This document shows, one piece after another, positions 9,091 through 18,341 of a DNA stretch of 36,433 nucleotides. A program made the position numbers and the translations under genes. How positions within the stretch are numbered: position 1 is the stretch's first letter; the number at the start of each line of letters is the position of its first letter. Below the pieces are notes generated by a model. It worked only from the letters and a program-made list of their open reading frames with translations, ran no database searches and was not told the origin of the DNA. The stretch is from Bacteriovoracales bacterium (GTDB lineage Bacteria; Bdellovibrionota; Bacteriovoracia; Bacteriovoracales; Bacteriovoracaceae): NCBI GenBank assembly GCA_036675045.1, contig JAKFFP010000264.1:1-36433 (forward strand), in the 5' to 3' direction.

Positions 9091-9112
9091 ATAGAGTCTA
9101 TTATAACTCTAT
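9091..9112 (-). promoter_or_regulatory. -10 TATAAT overlapped by inverted repeat ATAGAGT-N8-ACTCTAT (possible operator)
   Basis: Perfect 7-bp arms flanking the -10 hexamer, upstream of the LysM operon. Confidence 0.4.
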
Positions 9113-9146
9113 GGTTGAGGGAGTGTGGAAAAATTTGCTGAAATTA

Positions 9147-9845
9147 CTAGAAATAGAAAAACATATCTTTCTGGTCAATTGAATCCCAGATCCGCTTTAC
9201 CAGGCGATTGAAGTGTTCTTCATTGTCGAGAAGGTCCAGCTCATCTGTATCAACGATGAGCGACTTTCCGAGGTTGTAACGGCCATACCAGTCGTCGTAA
9301 TAGTCGTTGAGACTGGCGAGGTAATCTACCGGAATTGATTGCTCGTAATCCCTTCCCCGCTGTTTGATTCTTTCCTGAAGCTTCGGTACCGAACGTCTCA
9401 AAAAAATCATGAGAGTTGGGGGAGAGAGATACTGGATCATAGAATCATAGAGCGCACGATAATTCTGATAATCACGTTCATCAAGTTTTCCTGACTCATA
9501 TAAGGCCCGGGCAAAAATGTTCGCGTCTTCATAGATCGAGCGATCCTGGACCGAGCTGGCGGGAGAAGCTTCGATTTCTTTATGAGCATTGAAACGGTGA
9601 TTGAGAAAGTAAACCTGAAGCGGGAATGACCAGCGGCTCATGTCTTTGTAAAAGTCGGCCAGATAAGGATTGTCCTGAACCGATTCAAAATGCGGTTTCC
9701 AACCAAGTCTTTCGGAAAGCTTTTTGGTGAGGGTGGTTTTCCCACTTCCAATATTTCCGGCAACCACAACGAACATAGGATTCGCCGTGCTCGCGAGGCG
9801 ATGGTAGGCCATATCTGGCATGGAGTTCTCCTGAATTTGCATCAT
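9147..9845 (-). CDS. Deoxynucleoside kinase
   Basis: P-loop GNIGSGKT, DRSIYED, RIKQRGRDYE. Confidence 0.92.
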   Translation of the reverse strand: MMQIQENSMPDMAYHRLASTANPMFVVVAGNIGSGKTTLTKKLSERLGWKPHFESVQDNPYLADFYKDMSRWSFPLQVYFLNHRFNAHKEIEASPASSVQDRSIYEDANIFARALYESGKLDERDYQNYRALYDSMIQYLSPPTLMIFLRRSVPKLQERIKQRGRDYEQSIPVDYLASLNDYYDDWYGRYNLGKSLIVDTDELDLLDNEEHFNRLVKRIWDSIDQKDMFFYF

Positions 9846-9943
9846 GATAAAACCGTATTACGAATAGTGCCAGAAATCTTGACTCATTCAATCAATTTTA
9901 AAATCAATTGTGACGTTTACAGTCGAAGACTTAATTACTTAGA

Positions 9944-10942
9944 ATGAAATTAAGAATGAAAATTTCATCTCTGATTCTTATTTATGCCACGCTTATCTTA
10001 GTGAATTTTAGTCACGTGCGGGCGCAGTCATTAGTAGAAGATGCTAATATTAATGTCGCTCAGGCCGCAGATGGTTCTTTCTTTAATGAAACAATAAAAA
10101 TTATTTCTAATTCCAAGAAAATTTTTATTCTTACAAATAATAACCAACAGCTCGGTCCGGGGGATTTTATCTCACTGGCACTTGAAAATAAGCTCGCCGC
10201 CCGGGCCTTAGTGGCAAAGACTCACCAGGGACAAGTCGGAATCAAAATCCTGAAAATTTATTCTCTCAATCAGTGGGCGAAACTTCGTCGCGATCAGGAT
10301 GTCCAGATTGTGAAGGGTGATGATTCAAATTTCATGAAAAAGCCTGAAGACACTGTCACGTCCGAAGGCCCGAAAATAAAAGACGAGGATGACCTTTATT
10401 CTGCGGATGTGGTCATTGATGACACCATCGAATTCGCTGAAGATAATAAAAATCGTCACATCAAGCCGGATAATGTCGTGGGGATTTTCGCTTCCATGTT
10501 GAATGCGGATAATCCGGAAGGCACGGGCGGCGGTTATACGCGAGGTACCGAGTTCGGCCTTTCCTGGGCCTATCAATTCGCGGACAACTTTTTTGTTGAA
10601 GGCGTTTACGGACGAACTCTTCTGGATAATTACCCAGCGGACTCGACGCAGACTTTGGTGAATCGCTTCGTGGGCCGCCTGAAATTCAATATCAAAGGTC
10701 CTCTTTACACGTTCTTCATGCCCTATGTGGGTTATCAGAATAGGAATGTATCCAGCCCGGATGCAGGTAAGGGCGATCAACCGGCCGAACAGAATGATGC
10801 CGAAGTTGCGGCCATCGATAATTTACAAAAATCCGGCGTCGTTGCCGGGGTAACTGTCATGCGCCGTCTTGTACCGGGATGGTTTGTGAAAGCGGATCTG
10901 GGAACAGATATGCTGGACATTGGATTTGCGATTGAGTTTTAG
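9944..10942 (+). CDS. Exported protein with C-terminal outer-membrane beta-barrel
   Basis: Signal peptide, alternating beta-strands, C-terminal ...IGFAIEF. Confidence 0.7.
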   Translation: MKLRMKISSLILIYATLILVNFSHVRAQSLVEDANINVAQAADGSFFNETIKIISNSKKIFILTNNNQQLGPGDFISLALENKLAARALVAKTHQGQVGIKILKIYSLNQWAKLRRDQDVQIVKGDDSNFMKKPEDTVTSEGPKIKDEDDLYSADVVIDDTIEFAEDNKNRHIKPDNVVGIFASMLNADNPEGTGGGYTRGTEFGLSWAYQFADNFFVEGVYGRTLLDNYPADSTQTLVNRFVGRLKFNIKGPLYTFFMPYVGYQNRNVSSPDAGKGDQPAEQNDAEVAAIDNLQKSGVVAGVTVMRRLVPGWFVKADLGTDMLDIGFAIEF

Positions 10943-10946
10943 AATA

Positions 10947-11087
10947 ATGCTCTTACTTCTTCTTGTTAGTTCATGTGGTGTGAAAGGCGATCCGAGCACA
11001 CCCAGAGATCCTGCGTTCCCGTCACTTCTTGAAAATTATCCTGATATTGAAACGGACAAAAAGCTGGATGAGACCAAGAAGCGCTGA
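10947..11087 (+). CDS. Small lipoprotein, LptM/YifL-like N-terminus (not in ORF track)
   Basis: MLLLLLVSSCGVKGDPSTPRDPAFPSLLENYPDIETDKKLDETKKR; TGA overlaps the folK ATG; alternative TTG starts at 10926 and 10932. Confidence 0.7.
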   Translation: MLLLLLVSSCGVKGDPSTPRDPAFPSLLENYPDIETDKKLDETKKR

Positions 11088-11551
11088 TGTCACTCATCAT
11101 CGCCTCGGGCAGTAACATCGGTGACTCCGTAAACACACTGAAAGAAGCGCAGAAAGTACTCGCGACACATTTTACCTTTGTTGCCGCCAGCAAGATTTAC
11201 CAATCAGCGGCCGTGGAATATGAAAATCAGCCCGATTTTTATAATCAAGTATTGGAATTTGAAATTCCCCTTCTCACTCCGGATCAGGTGATGGAAAAGC
11301 TCCTGGAAATTGAAAAACAATTCGGGAGACATCGCGACATTCCCAAAGGTCCCAGAACTCTTGATCTTGATATCATTTTTTGGAACACCACTTCATATAA
11401 TTCCGAAGTCGTGACCATTCCTCATCCGCGTTGGCGAGAGAGAAGTTTTGTGGTGAGACCGTTACAAGAATTACCTTTCTATGAAACTTTACGGAAATGT
11501 TTTATAATTCCTCCATCATTCACTGTTGAAGCTGCACCTCTTCCTGATTGA
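11087..11551 (+). CDS. folK: 2-amino-4-hydroxy-6-hydroxymethyldihydropteridine pyrophosphokinase
   Basis: GSNIGD, QPDFYN, GPRTLDLDII, IPHPR..ERSFV. Confidence 0.95.
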   Translation: MSLIIASGSNIGDSVNTLKEAQKVLATHFTFVAASKIYQSAAVEYENQPDFYNQVLEFEIPLLTPDQVMEKLLEIEKQFGRHRDIPKGPRTLDLDIIFWNTTSYNSEVVTIPHPRWRERSFVVRPLQELPFYETLRKCFIIPPSFTVEAAPLPD

Positions 11552-11568
11552 ACGACCAAGGAAATAAA

Positions 11569-12705
11569 ATGGATTTTTCACTCTCCACGGAACAGAAGGA
11601 GATGAGAGAACTCGCTCTGAAATTCGCCAGAAACGAGATGATCCCTCATGCTCAGGAATACGACGAAAAGGGGAAGTTCCCCGAAGAAATTTTTAAGAAA
11701 GCATGGGAGCTGGGGCTGATCAATGCCTGCATTCCCGCTGAATACGGCGGGTCAGGTTTCTCTGCCATTGATGGAGTCATCATCGGTGAATCACTCGCCT
11801 ACGGCTGCATGGGAATGAACACGGCCTTCATGGCCAATGACCTCGCACTACTTCCCATCGTGATCGGCGGAAGTGACGAGCAAAAGAAAAAATTCCTCAC
11901 TCCTTTTACGCAGGAATTCCGGATCGCATCTTTTTGTCTCACAGAACCCGGAAATGGTTCGGATGCCGGCGGTATCAGAACAACAATTAAAGACGGTGGC
12001 GATCACTGGATCGTGAACGGCGAGAAGATGTGGATCACCAACGCTGGATTTGCACATCTCTTTGTGGTCTATGGAACGATTGATCCTGCCCTCAAACACA
12101 AAGGAATTTCCGCCATCGTGGTAGACCCGAAAACCGAAGGTGTGATCATCGGTAAAAAGGAAGACAAGATGGGACACCGCTCATCTGATACACGTGGGGT
12201 CAGATTCCAGAACGTGAAAGTCCCGAAAGAAAATATGCTCGGTAAGCCTGGTGAAGGTTGGGCAATTGCTATGAGCACTCTCGATCACTCGCGCCCATTG
12301 GTGGCCTCCTCAGCAGTGGGTGGAGCCCAAAGGGCCCTCGATCTCTCAATCAGCTATGCCAAGGAACGCCAGCAATTCGGTGTGCCCATCGCTAAACACC
12401 AGGCGATCCAGTTTATGATCGCTGAAATGGGAATGAAAGTTGAGGCGGCCCGTCTTCTCGTGCACAAAGCAGCATGGATGTGTGATCAGGGTGAAAGAAA
12501 TACCGAAATCGCTTCTTACGCAAAAGCTTTTGCTTCTGACTCTTGTATGCAAATTACGACGGATGCAGTACAAATTTATGGTGGTTACGGATACAGCAAA
12601 GAGTATCCCGTTGAGAAACTCATGCGAGACGCCAAGCTCATCCAGATTTACGAAGGTACGTCCCAGATCCAGCGGCTTGTCATGGCCCGCGAATTACTTA
12701 AATAG
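11569..12705 (+). CDS. Acyl-CoA dehydrogenase
   Basis: FCLTEPGNGSD, NGEKMWITN, RQQFG, QIYGGYGY, IYEGTSQIQR. Confidence 0.95.
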   Translation: MDFSLSTEQKEMRELALKFARNEMIPHAQEYDEKGKFPEEIFKKAWELGLINACIPAEYGGSGFSAIDGVIIGESLAYGCMGMNTAFMANDLALLPIVIGGSDEQKKKFLTPFTQEFRIASFCLTEPGNGSDAGGIRTTIKDGGDHWIVNGEKMWITNAGFAHLFVVYGTIDPALKHKGISAIVVDPKTEGVIIGKKEDKMGHRSSDTRGVRFQNVKVPKENMLGKPGEGWAIAMSTLDHSRPLVASSAVGGAQRALDLSISYAKERQQFGVPIAKHQAIQFMIAEMGMKVEAARLLVHKAAWMCDQGERNTEIASYAKAFASDSCMQITTDAVQIYGGYGYSKEYPVEKLMRDAKLIQIYEGTSQIQRLVMARELLK

Positions 12706-12723
12706 TTAGCTGAAGGAGAACTA

Positions 12724-13512
12724 ATGAATATTTTTGTTTGTGTGAAACAGGTTCCGGATACCGAAACTAAAATTGTTCCTACTGCTGATGGAAGCTTCAT
12801 CGAAACTTCCTCCATCAAGTGGATCATGAACCCTTATGATGAATTTGCTGTTGAACAGGCGCTGCTGATTAAGCAGTCAAATCCAGCAGCAAACGTGACG
12901 GTCGTTCGTGTTGGTTCAGTCAAAGATACTGAGGCACTCCGTACAGCAATGGCGATGGGTGCTGATGATGCCGTTCTGGTTGAAGCGGGAGATAATCTTG
13001 ATTCATACTCAATTGCCAAGGCGCTCAAGGGCGCTATTGAAAAGACCGGCAAGAAGCCCGATCTCATTCTCTCTGGAAAACAAGCAATCGATGATGATGC
13101 TCTTCAGGTTCCACAAGTACTTGCGGAAATGATGAATCTTCCATCCGTCACTGTGATCGTTGGATTTGAAATCTCGGGAACAACTGTAAAAGTTAAGCGC
13201 GAAGTTGAAGGCGGGGCCCTGGAAGTTTACGAGATGAACACCCCATGTGTCCTCGCGTGTAACAAGGGTCTCAACACACCAAGATACGCCTCCCTTCCGG
13301 GAATCATGAAGGCTAAGAAAAAGCCGATGGCCCAGTATTCACTTGGAGACGTTGGCGTTTCAGATGCTGATCGTCGCGTGAAATATTCGCAATTCAAACT
13401 TCCTCCGGAAAAACCACCAGGGAAGAAGTTCGACGCAATGGACCCGGCAAAGCAAAAAGAAGTTGTCGCCCAGGTTGTTGGCCTTCTCAGAACTGAAGCT
13501 AAAGTCATCTAA
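12724..13512 (+). CDS. etfB: Electron transfer flavoprotein subunit beta
   Basis: VCVKQVPD, NPYDEFAVE, GKQAIDDD, PRYASL. Confidence 0.95.
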   Translation: MNIFVCVKQVPDTETKIVPTADGSFIETSSIKWIMNPYDEFAVEQALLIKQSNPAANVTVVRVGSVKDTEALRTAMAMGADDAVLVEAGDNLDSYSIAKALKGAIEKTGKKPDLILSGKQAIDDDALQVPQVLAEMMNLPSVTVIVGFEISGTTVKVKREVEGGALEVYEMNTPCVLACNKGLNTPRYASLPGIMKAKKKPMAQYSLGDVGVSDADRRVKYSQFKLPPEKPPGKKFDAMDPAKQKEVVAQVVGLLRTEAKVI

Positions 13513-13536
13513 GTAAAAAGTTAAAAGGAAACATAT

Positions 13537-14499
13537 ATGGCAAACGTATTAGTTTTTACTGAAGTTCACGACGGCAAAGTTAAGCCCGTGACTCTTGAAA
13601 TCCTCGGAAAGCTCGCGGGCCAGTCAGCAGATGTTGCTGTGATGGGTGACCTCGGAGCTGACCAGGTAGCTGAGCTCGCCAAGAATGGTGCTCAGAATGT
13701 TCATAAGCTCAAAGGTTCTAATCTCGATAAGTATTCTCCGGAAGGCTACGCGAATGCTCTTGCAGAGTTCATCAAGTCAAAGAGCTACGATTATGTTTTT
13801 GCCGGTGCAACTTCGATGGGGAAAGACCTTCTTCCAAGACTTGCGACGAAGTTCGATGCCGGACTCGCTTCCGACGTTGTGAACTTCGTTTTCGAAGGTG
13901 GAAACTTCGCCGGAACTCGCCCGCTCTTCGCTGGTAAGTGTCTTGCGAAAGTAGAAATCACAGGACCGAAACCACACTTTGTTTCGATTCGCCCGAATGC
14001 TCTCGGCATGACCGCATCTCCAACAGCTGGCGCGGGTGCTGCGGCCGATGTGAATGCCAACGCCGGCGAGATCCGCGCGCAAATTAAAGACATCATCAAA
14101 GCCGCTTCAACGAAAGTGGATCTGACGGAGGCAAATATCATCGTGACAGGCGGACGCGCGATGAAGAATGCTGAAAATTTCAAGATCCTCGAGCAGATGG
14201 CGGATGTGATCGGTGCCACTGTTGGTGCTTCACGTGCTGCAGTTGACTCGGGTTTTGCTCCCCACGCGATGCAGGTAGGGCAAACTGGTAAGACCGTTGC
14301 TCCTTCACTTTATATTGCTTGTGGTGTTTCAGGCGCCATTCAGCACCTTGCTGGTATGAGAACTTCGAAAGTGATCGTTGCGATTAACTCAGACCCGGAT
14401 GCTCCGATCTTCACGAAAGCCGATTATGGAATCGTAGGGGATCTCTTCCAGATTGTTCCGATAATGACGGAAGAATTTAAAAAGCTTTTAGGAAAATAA
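13537..14499 (+). CDS. etfA: Electron transfer flavoprotein subunit alpha
   Basis: GASRAAVD, QVGQTGK, GVSGAIQHLAGM. Confidence 0.95.
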   Translation: MANVLVFTEVHDGKVKPVTLEILGKLAGQSADVAVMGDLGADQVAELAKNGAQNVHKLKGSNLDKYSPEGYANALAEFIKSKSYDYVFAGATSMGKDLLPRLATKFDAGLASDVVNFVFEGGNFAGTRPLFAGKCLAKVEITGPKPHFVSIRPNALGMTASPTAGAGAAADVNANAGEIRAQIKDIIKAASTKVDLTEANIIVTGGRAMKNAENFKILEQMADVIGATVGASRAAVDSGFAPHAMQVGQTGKTVAPSLYIACGVSGAIQHLAGMRTSKVIVAINSDPDAPIFTKADYGIVGDLFQIVPIMTEEFKKLLGK

Positions 14500-14525
14500 A
14501 AAAGGGCCGCAAGGCCCTTTTTTTT
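14498..14525. terminator. Bidirectional terminator
   Basis: A6-GGGCC-GCAA-GGCCC-T8. Confidence 0.9.
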
Positions 14526-14527
14526 AT

Positions 14528-15427
14528 CTATCCATTATTTTCTTGTTGGAAGTTCTGCATTCCATGCTGCTGATATTGAGCATCGGGATCTACCGGCGCC
14601 ATGGCCTGGGCATTCGGATCTACCTCTGCCTGTTCAACGGGTTGTTCCAGATTCACCATCTGCTCAGGTGCTGGTTGAGCCTCTTCGGCCTGTGCCTGAA
14701 CCGGTTGTTCCACTTGTTCACCGGGATTTCCGAATTCATCGGTCCCGGCATTACCCGTTGCGATCTGGTCGGCCGCCGCGATTTGTTCCTGGGTTGGTTC
14801 ACCCACAAAGCGCAGACGTGTTCCTTCCAACGGACCGTTGGTGAGAGTCACCATGTAAGAGGTTTGATCAACCTGATAGAGCATTCCGCTATAGACTTCG
14901 CCTTCGATATCGTATTCAAACACATTTCCATTCATTTCAGAGAAAGACACCATCACTCCCTCTCCGTTCGGAAGAGAGACGTTCAGACTATCAATCGCAC
15001 CGTTGGAGGTAGAAAGACTTCCGCTATACTGATCGGCCGGCAAACCACTCTGCCATCTCTTAGGATTAATCACTTCCACGAGGTTCAGGTTAAGTTCTTC
15101 TGTAATAGCTGCACCTGGAGCTTCCTGGACAGGAGCTGCTTCCACATTAGATGAGGCAACAGTATTTACTTCCTGAACAACCGGCGCCTGAAATGCATTT
15201 TGGGAAACGGTCTGAGTGGGCTCGAGCTTCTGCCACTGAATACCAGTAGCGACCAAACGGCCGGGCTCAATAATGCCATTGAGTTCATCCAGTCTTTTCA
15301 CAAACCGCATGTCCGCTCCATTGAGATGCGACTCTGAGCTGATGACGATGGCATTATATGTGCCTGTCACCACAAAGAAGAGCATTGCCAGGAAAGACAA
15401 CGTCCGTTTTTTATAAAACCAATTCAT
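14528..15427 (-). CDS. Hypothetical exported/membrane-anchored protein with Q/E/A/P-rich tail
   Basis: RBS AGGGG before ATG 15427; N-terminal hydrophobic segment; beta-rich core; low-complexity C-terminus. Confidence 0.75.
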   Translation of the reverse strand: MNWFYKKRTLSFLAMLFFVVTGTYNAIVISSESHLNGADMRFVKRLDELNGIIEPGRLVATGIQWQKLEPTQTVSQNAFQAPVVQEVNTVASSNVEAAPVQEAPGAAITEELNLNLVEVINPKRWQSGLPADQYSGSLSTSNGAIDSLNVSLPNGEGVMVSFSEMNGNVFEYDIEGEVYSGMLYQVDQTSYMVTLTNGPLEGTRLRFVGEPTQEQIAAADQIATGNAGTDEFGNPGEQVEQPVQAQAEEAQPAPEQMVNLEQPVEQAEVDPNAQAMAPVDPDAQYQQHGMQNFQQENNG

Positions 15428-15454
15428 ACAATAACCCCTGATGCACAAAGGTTG

Positions 15455-15471
15455 AGCAAGGTGAATGCCAA
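15455..15471 (-). promoter_or_regulatory. sigma54 (-24/-12) promoter TTGGCATTCACCTTGCT
   Basis: Matches TGGCAC-N5-TTGC with correct GG-N10-GC spacing. Confidence 0.75.
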
Positions 15472-15538
15472 AAACTAGACAGCTAAATAGGTGAAAGTGA
15501 GATGAGTGCGGTGAAAATGCCGGAGATTTCGTGACGGG

Positions 15539-15615
15539 TGTATAGAAATTAAACAGGGACGAAAATTTTCAGGAGGGAGAGAGATCAGGGTGACTGTCTA
15601 AAACTTAGACAGTCA
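15539..15615. promoter_or_regulatory. Two TGT-N11-ACA putative enhancer-binding-protein sites
   Basis: TGTATAGAAATTAAACA (15539-15555) and perfect palindrome TGACTGTCTAA-AAC-TTAGACAGTCA (15591-15615). Confidence 0.6.
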
Positions 15616-15618
15616 GAA

Positions 15619-15649
15619 TCGCCGGATCTCTATGAAAAAGACCCGGCGA
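15619..15649 (-). terminator. Hairpin downstream of the 15657..15848 gene
   Basis: TCGCCGG...CCGGCGA stem; weak U-tract. Confidence 0.4.
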
Positions 15650-15656
15650 GAAGAGA

Positions 15657-15848
15657 CTATTCAGTCATCGGAGTTTGTTTCAGGTAATCAGTGTGTGAAG
15701 AGCGGAAGCGCTTAAGCGCAATCACCACGAGATCCGCTACGGTGATATTTGTGTTTTTAGACATGAGCTCGAGATCCTCAACGACCTTCTTTTCAATCTT
15801 GATATTGAGCTCTTTCAGCTCGCCCTGGTTCTGCTTCTGTGATTTCAT
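15657..15848 (-). CDS. Small protein, possibly ribbon-helix-helix DNA-binding
   Basis: RBS AGGGG; 'ELNIKIEKKVVEDLELMSKNTNITVADLVVIALKRF' fits a strand-helix-helix pattern. Confidence 0.65.
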   Translation of the reverse strand: MKSQKQNQGELKELNIKIEKKVVEDLELMSKNTNITVADLVVIALKRFRSSHTDYLKQTPMTE

Positions 15849-15900
15849 AATTTCCCCTGTGAAAGTGGGATGATTTTAGCGCTTTTTCACTCGCGGGTCA

Positions 15901-16452
15901 TCAGGGATTGTTTTTGACCGCAAGAATCTTGAGGGCGTTTTTTTTGCGGAGTCCCACCAGCGCCATCGTGATTTCATGGTCTAAGAGTGGGCAGTGCTGG
16001 TAGATGTCATAGGCCGTATGGCATTCAGTCAGGGTACAAAGGACCTCGAACTCTTGGGATGTGACCGGAAGCGAGTCTTCGATGAATTCCGGATCAATGA
16101 TGATTTTAACATTCTCGGGCGGCTTCATTTTCAGCGACTGCTGGTAGAGCTTAAGCGATTCGGCCATCTTTTCTTTCAGCTCCTGAGTGTTGTAGGACAG
16201 CCCGATGATGCTTTCATCCACCACTTCCGGCTCTACGACATACTCATATGATTGAAGAGAAAACTCCTGAATAAACAGATGATAAAGAGCTTTCTCTCCT
16301 GCCATTCCGTTAAAAAGCGCGTCGACAATCCTCCCCTGCCGGAAAAGAATGTGGCCCAGAAACTGGCGATTAAAATTAGAGAGGATATTCACCTTTCCCG
16401 TGAACTGAACCGAAACCTGATCATCAATAACTGAAAAGAGTTTGGTATCCAT
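15901..16452 (-). CDS. DUF4388/PATAN-like domain protein
   Basis: 'FTGKVNI...GHILFRQGRIVDALFNGMAGEKALYHL'. Confidence 0.6.
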   Translation of the reverse strand: MDTKLFSVIDDQVSVQFTGKVNILSNFNRQFLGHILFRQGRIVDALFNGMAGEKALYHLFIQEFSLQSYEYVVEPEVVDESIIGLSYNTQELKEKMAESLKLYQQSLKMKPPENVKIIIDPEFIEDSLPVTSQEFEVLCTLTECHTAYDIYQHCPLLDHEITMALVGLRKKNALKILAVKNNP

Positions 16453-16457
16453 GGTTC

Positions 16458-17624
16458 CTACTTGTTAAGTCCGAATAAGCGGGAAATCATTCCTGGTTTT
16501 TGCCCGGGTGTCGTCCCGCCAAAAAATGCCGCAACAGCAGAAGCCGTATCCATGAATGCGTCCCAGACGACTCTGCCGGCAAAGCTTTCATTACTCATAT
16601 AAGGAACACCTTCATCGGAGCCAGTGCGAAGGCTGATCTCAAGTGGGATTGAGCCAATGAGCTTGGTATTCAGCTGAGCGACCGCCTCTTCAACTCCCCC
16701 CTTGCCAAAAATATGATGAGTTTTCCCGCAGCCGTCACAGATGAACGAACTCATGTTCTCGACCATCCCGATGATAGGAAGGTTCATTTTGCGGAACATT
16801 TCCAGGCCCTTCTTCGCATCAAGAAGTGCCACGTCCTGGGGAGTCGAGATTATGATAGCGCCATCAACATGGGCGTTTTGAATCATGGAAAGCTGGATAT
16901 CACCGGTTCCCGGAGGAAGATCAATCAAAAGATAATCAGTCCCGGACCAGTCCACATCAAAAAGAAACTGATTCAGAACTCCGCCGAGCATAGGTCCGCG
17001 CCAGATGACTGGATCATTTTCATTGATAAAAAAGCCAAAACTCATAAAGCGAATCCCGTGTGCATCCACCGGGATAATTTTTTTCTCAGAATTAGAGCGC
17101 GGCTTTTCGTCACGCTTTCCGAAGATCATCGGTAGTGACGGTCCATAGATATCGGCATCGATGATTCCAACCGTGTGACCCTGACGCTTAAGTGCCAGAG
17201 CAAGGTTTGCCGTGAAAGTGGACTTCCCCACACCGCCCTTTCCCGATCCAATGGCGACGATTTTACCCACACCCGGGACGGTTTTTTTATTCCCGATGGC
17301 CCCATGACCAACTTTAATTTGCGCCGGGGCAGGTTCTTCCGCTTTTTTAGTGGGAGCGCTGTCGAGGGCCTTGAACACATCTTGCGACTGAGATGAGGTG
17401 GTTTTCACCATAATGTTGTCGATACCCACTGTTCCCGCGAGGGCATCCACGATCTGTTTCTCCACTGCGCGTTTCTCAGCAGGAGAAATCCCATCACGAT
17501 TGTATTGGATAACGAGTTTTTCACCCTCCATCGCCACATGCTGCCAGCGGTTCTCTTCATCAAAAGATTTTCCGGTGGCGGGGTTAGTAATAGAGGTTAG
17601 GCGCTGGCGAATCTGATCGGACAT
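16458..17624 (-). CDS. mrp: Mrp/ApbC Fe-S cluster carrier ATPase
   Basis: SGKGGVGKST, DADIYGPS, IWRGPM, DLPPGTGD, ENMS, CDGC; start moved to ATG 17624 to avoid overlapping the divergent gene. Confidence 0.93.
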   Translation of the reverse strand: MSDQIRQRLTSITNPATGKSFDEENRWQHVAMEGEKLVIQYNRDGISPAEKRAVEKQIVDALAGTVGIDNIMVKTTSSQSQDVFKALDSAPTKKAEEPAPAQIKVGHGAIGNKKTVPGVGKIVAIGSGKGGVGKSTFTANLALALKRQGHTVGIIDADIYGPSLPMIFGKRDEKPRSNSEKKIIPVDAHGIRFMSFGFFINENDPVIWRGPMLGGVLNQFLFDVDWSGTDYLLIDLPPGTGDIQLSMIQNAHVDGAIIISTPQDVALLDAKKGLEMFRKMNLPIIGMVENMSSFICDGCGKTHHIFGKGGVEEAVAQLNTKLIGSIPLEISLRTGSDEGVPYMSNESFAGRVVWDAFMDTASAVAAFFGGTTPGQKPGMISRLFGLNK

Positions 17625-17710
17625 AAAAACCTGACTGTTATGGTGGGAAATAAGTGGATTATTTCCGTATGGATGAATTTCCGACTTCATTTTATGATGT
17701 AAGGAAACAC

Positions 17711-18286
17711 TTGAACAGGACAAAGCATTTGGCATTCTATAAACGCTCGACCTTTCTGATTGATCCCAAGTTCCAGCTCCGGTTCAGCTTCATCGTTTCG
17801 GCGATGTTTCTTATCGGAAGTCTTGTTTATGCCTTTGTCGTTTTCGACTTCATTGAAGACATGGGTAATCAATATGCTCTCACCAGACTCGGAGTGAGTG
17901 AAGCCGCCAAGAGCTTTCTGTTTTTTCTCATTCCTTTTCAGCTTCTTCTTACGGCCCTGGTCGTTTTAACATCGATATTTCTCACCCACAAAGTAGCTGG
18001 GCCCCTCTACAAATTAAAAAATCACCTTCTCCAAATTCGTGAAGGGGAGCCGGTTACTCCGCTTGAATTCCGAACTGGAGATAATTTTGCCGACGTAGCT
18101 GAGGAAGTCAGTTCGTTTCTGGACTGGATGATCTCGAATCAGGAAGCAGATTTTAAATATGTTCAGGAAGTTGCCGCTTACGTCGACAATCTCGCGCTGG
18201 TAATTCCAGACGATAAGAAGCCAGTTCTTAATGAAATTTCCCGCCGTCTGAAAGACATCAGCTCCCGCTATAAAAAGGAATATTGA
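17711..18286 (+). CDS. Two-TM membrane protein with HAMP-like segment
   Basis: RBS AAGGA plus TTG 17711; 'FLIDPKFQ', 'THKVAGPLYKL...FRTGDNF'. Confidence 0.7.
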   Translation: MNRTKHLAFYKRSTFLIDPKFQLRFSFIVSAMFLIGSLVYAFVVFDFIEDMGNQYALTRLGVSEAAKSFLFFLIPFQLLLTALVVLTSIFLTHKVAGPLYKLKNHLLQIREGEPVTPLEFRTGDNFADVAEEVSSFLDWMISNQEADFKYVQEVAAYVDNLALVIPDDKKPVLNEISRRLKDISSRYKKEY

Positions 18287-18341
18287 TTCTCTGTTCAATT
18301 CTCCTGATGGTGTTATAATTTTTTCTATTCATCCATGAGGG

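Noticed and set aside
14543-15154. 203-aa plus-strand ORF
   Set aside because: Antisense to the sigma54-driven gene and downstream of a terminator; no recognisable motifs
17625-17735. Apparent head-to-head overlap of mrp and the 17654 ORF
   Set aside because: Artefact of longest-ORF starts; ATG 17624 and TTG 17711 leave a normal intergenic gap
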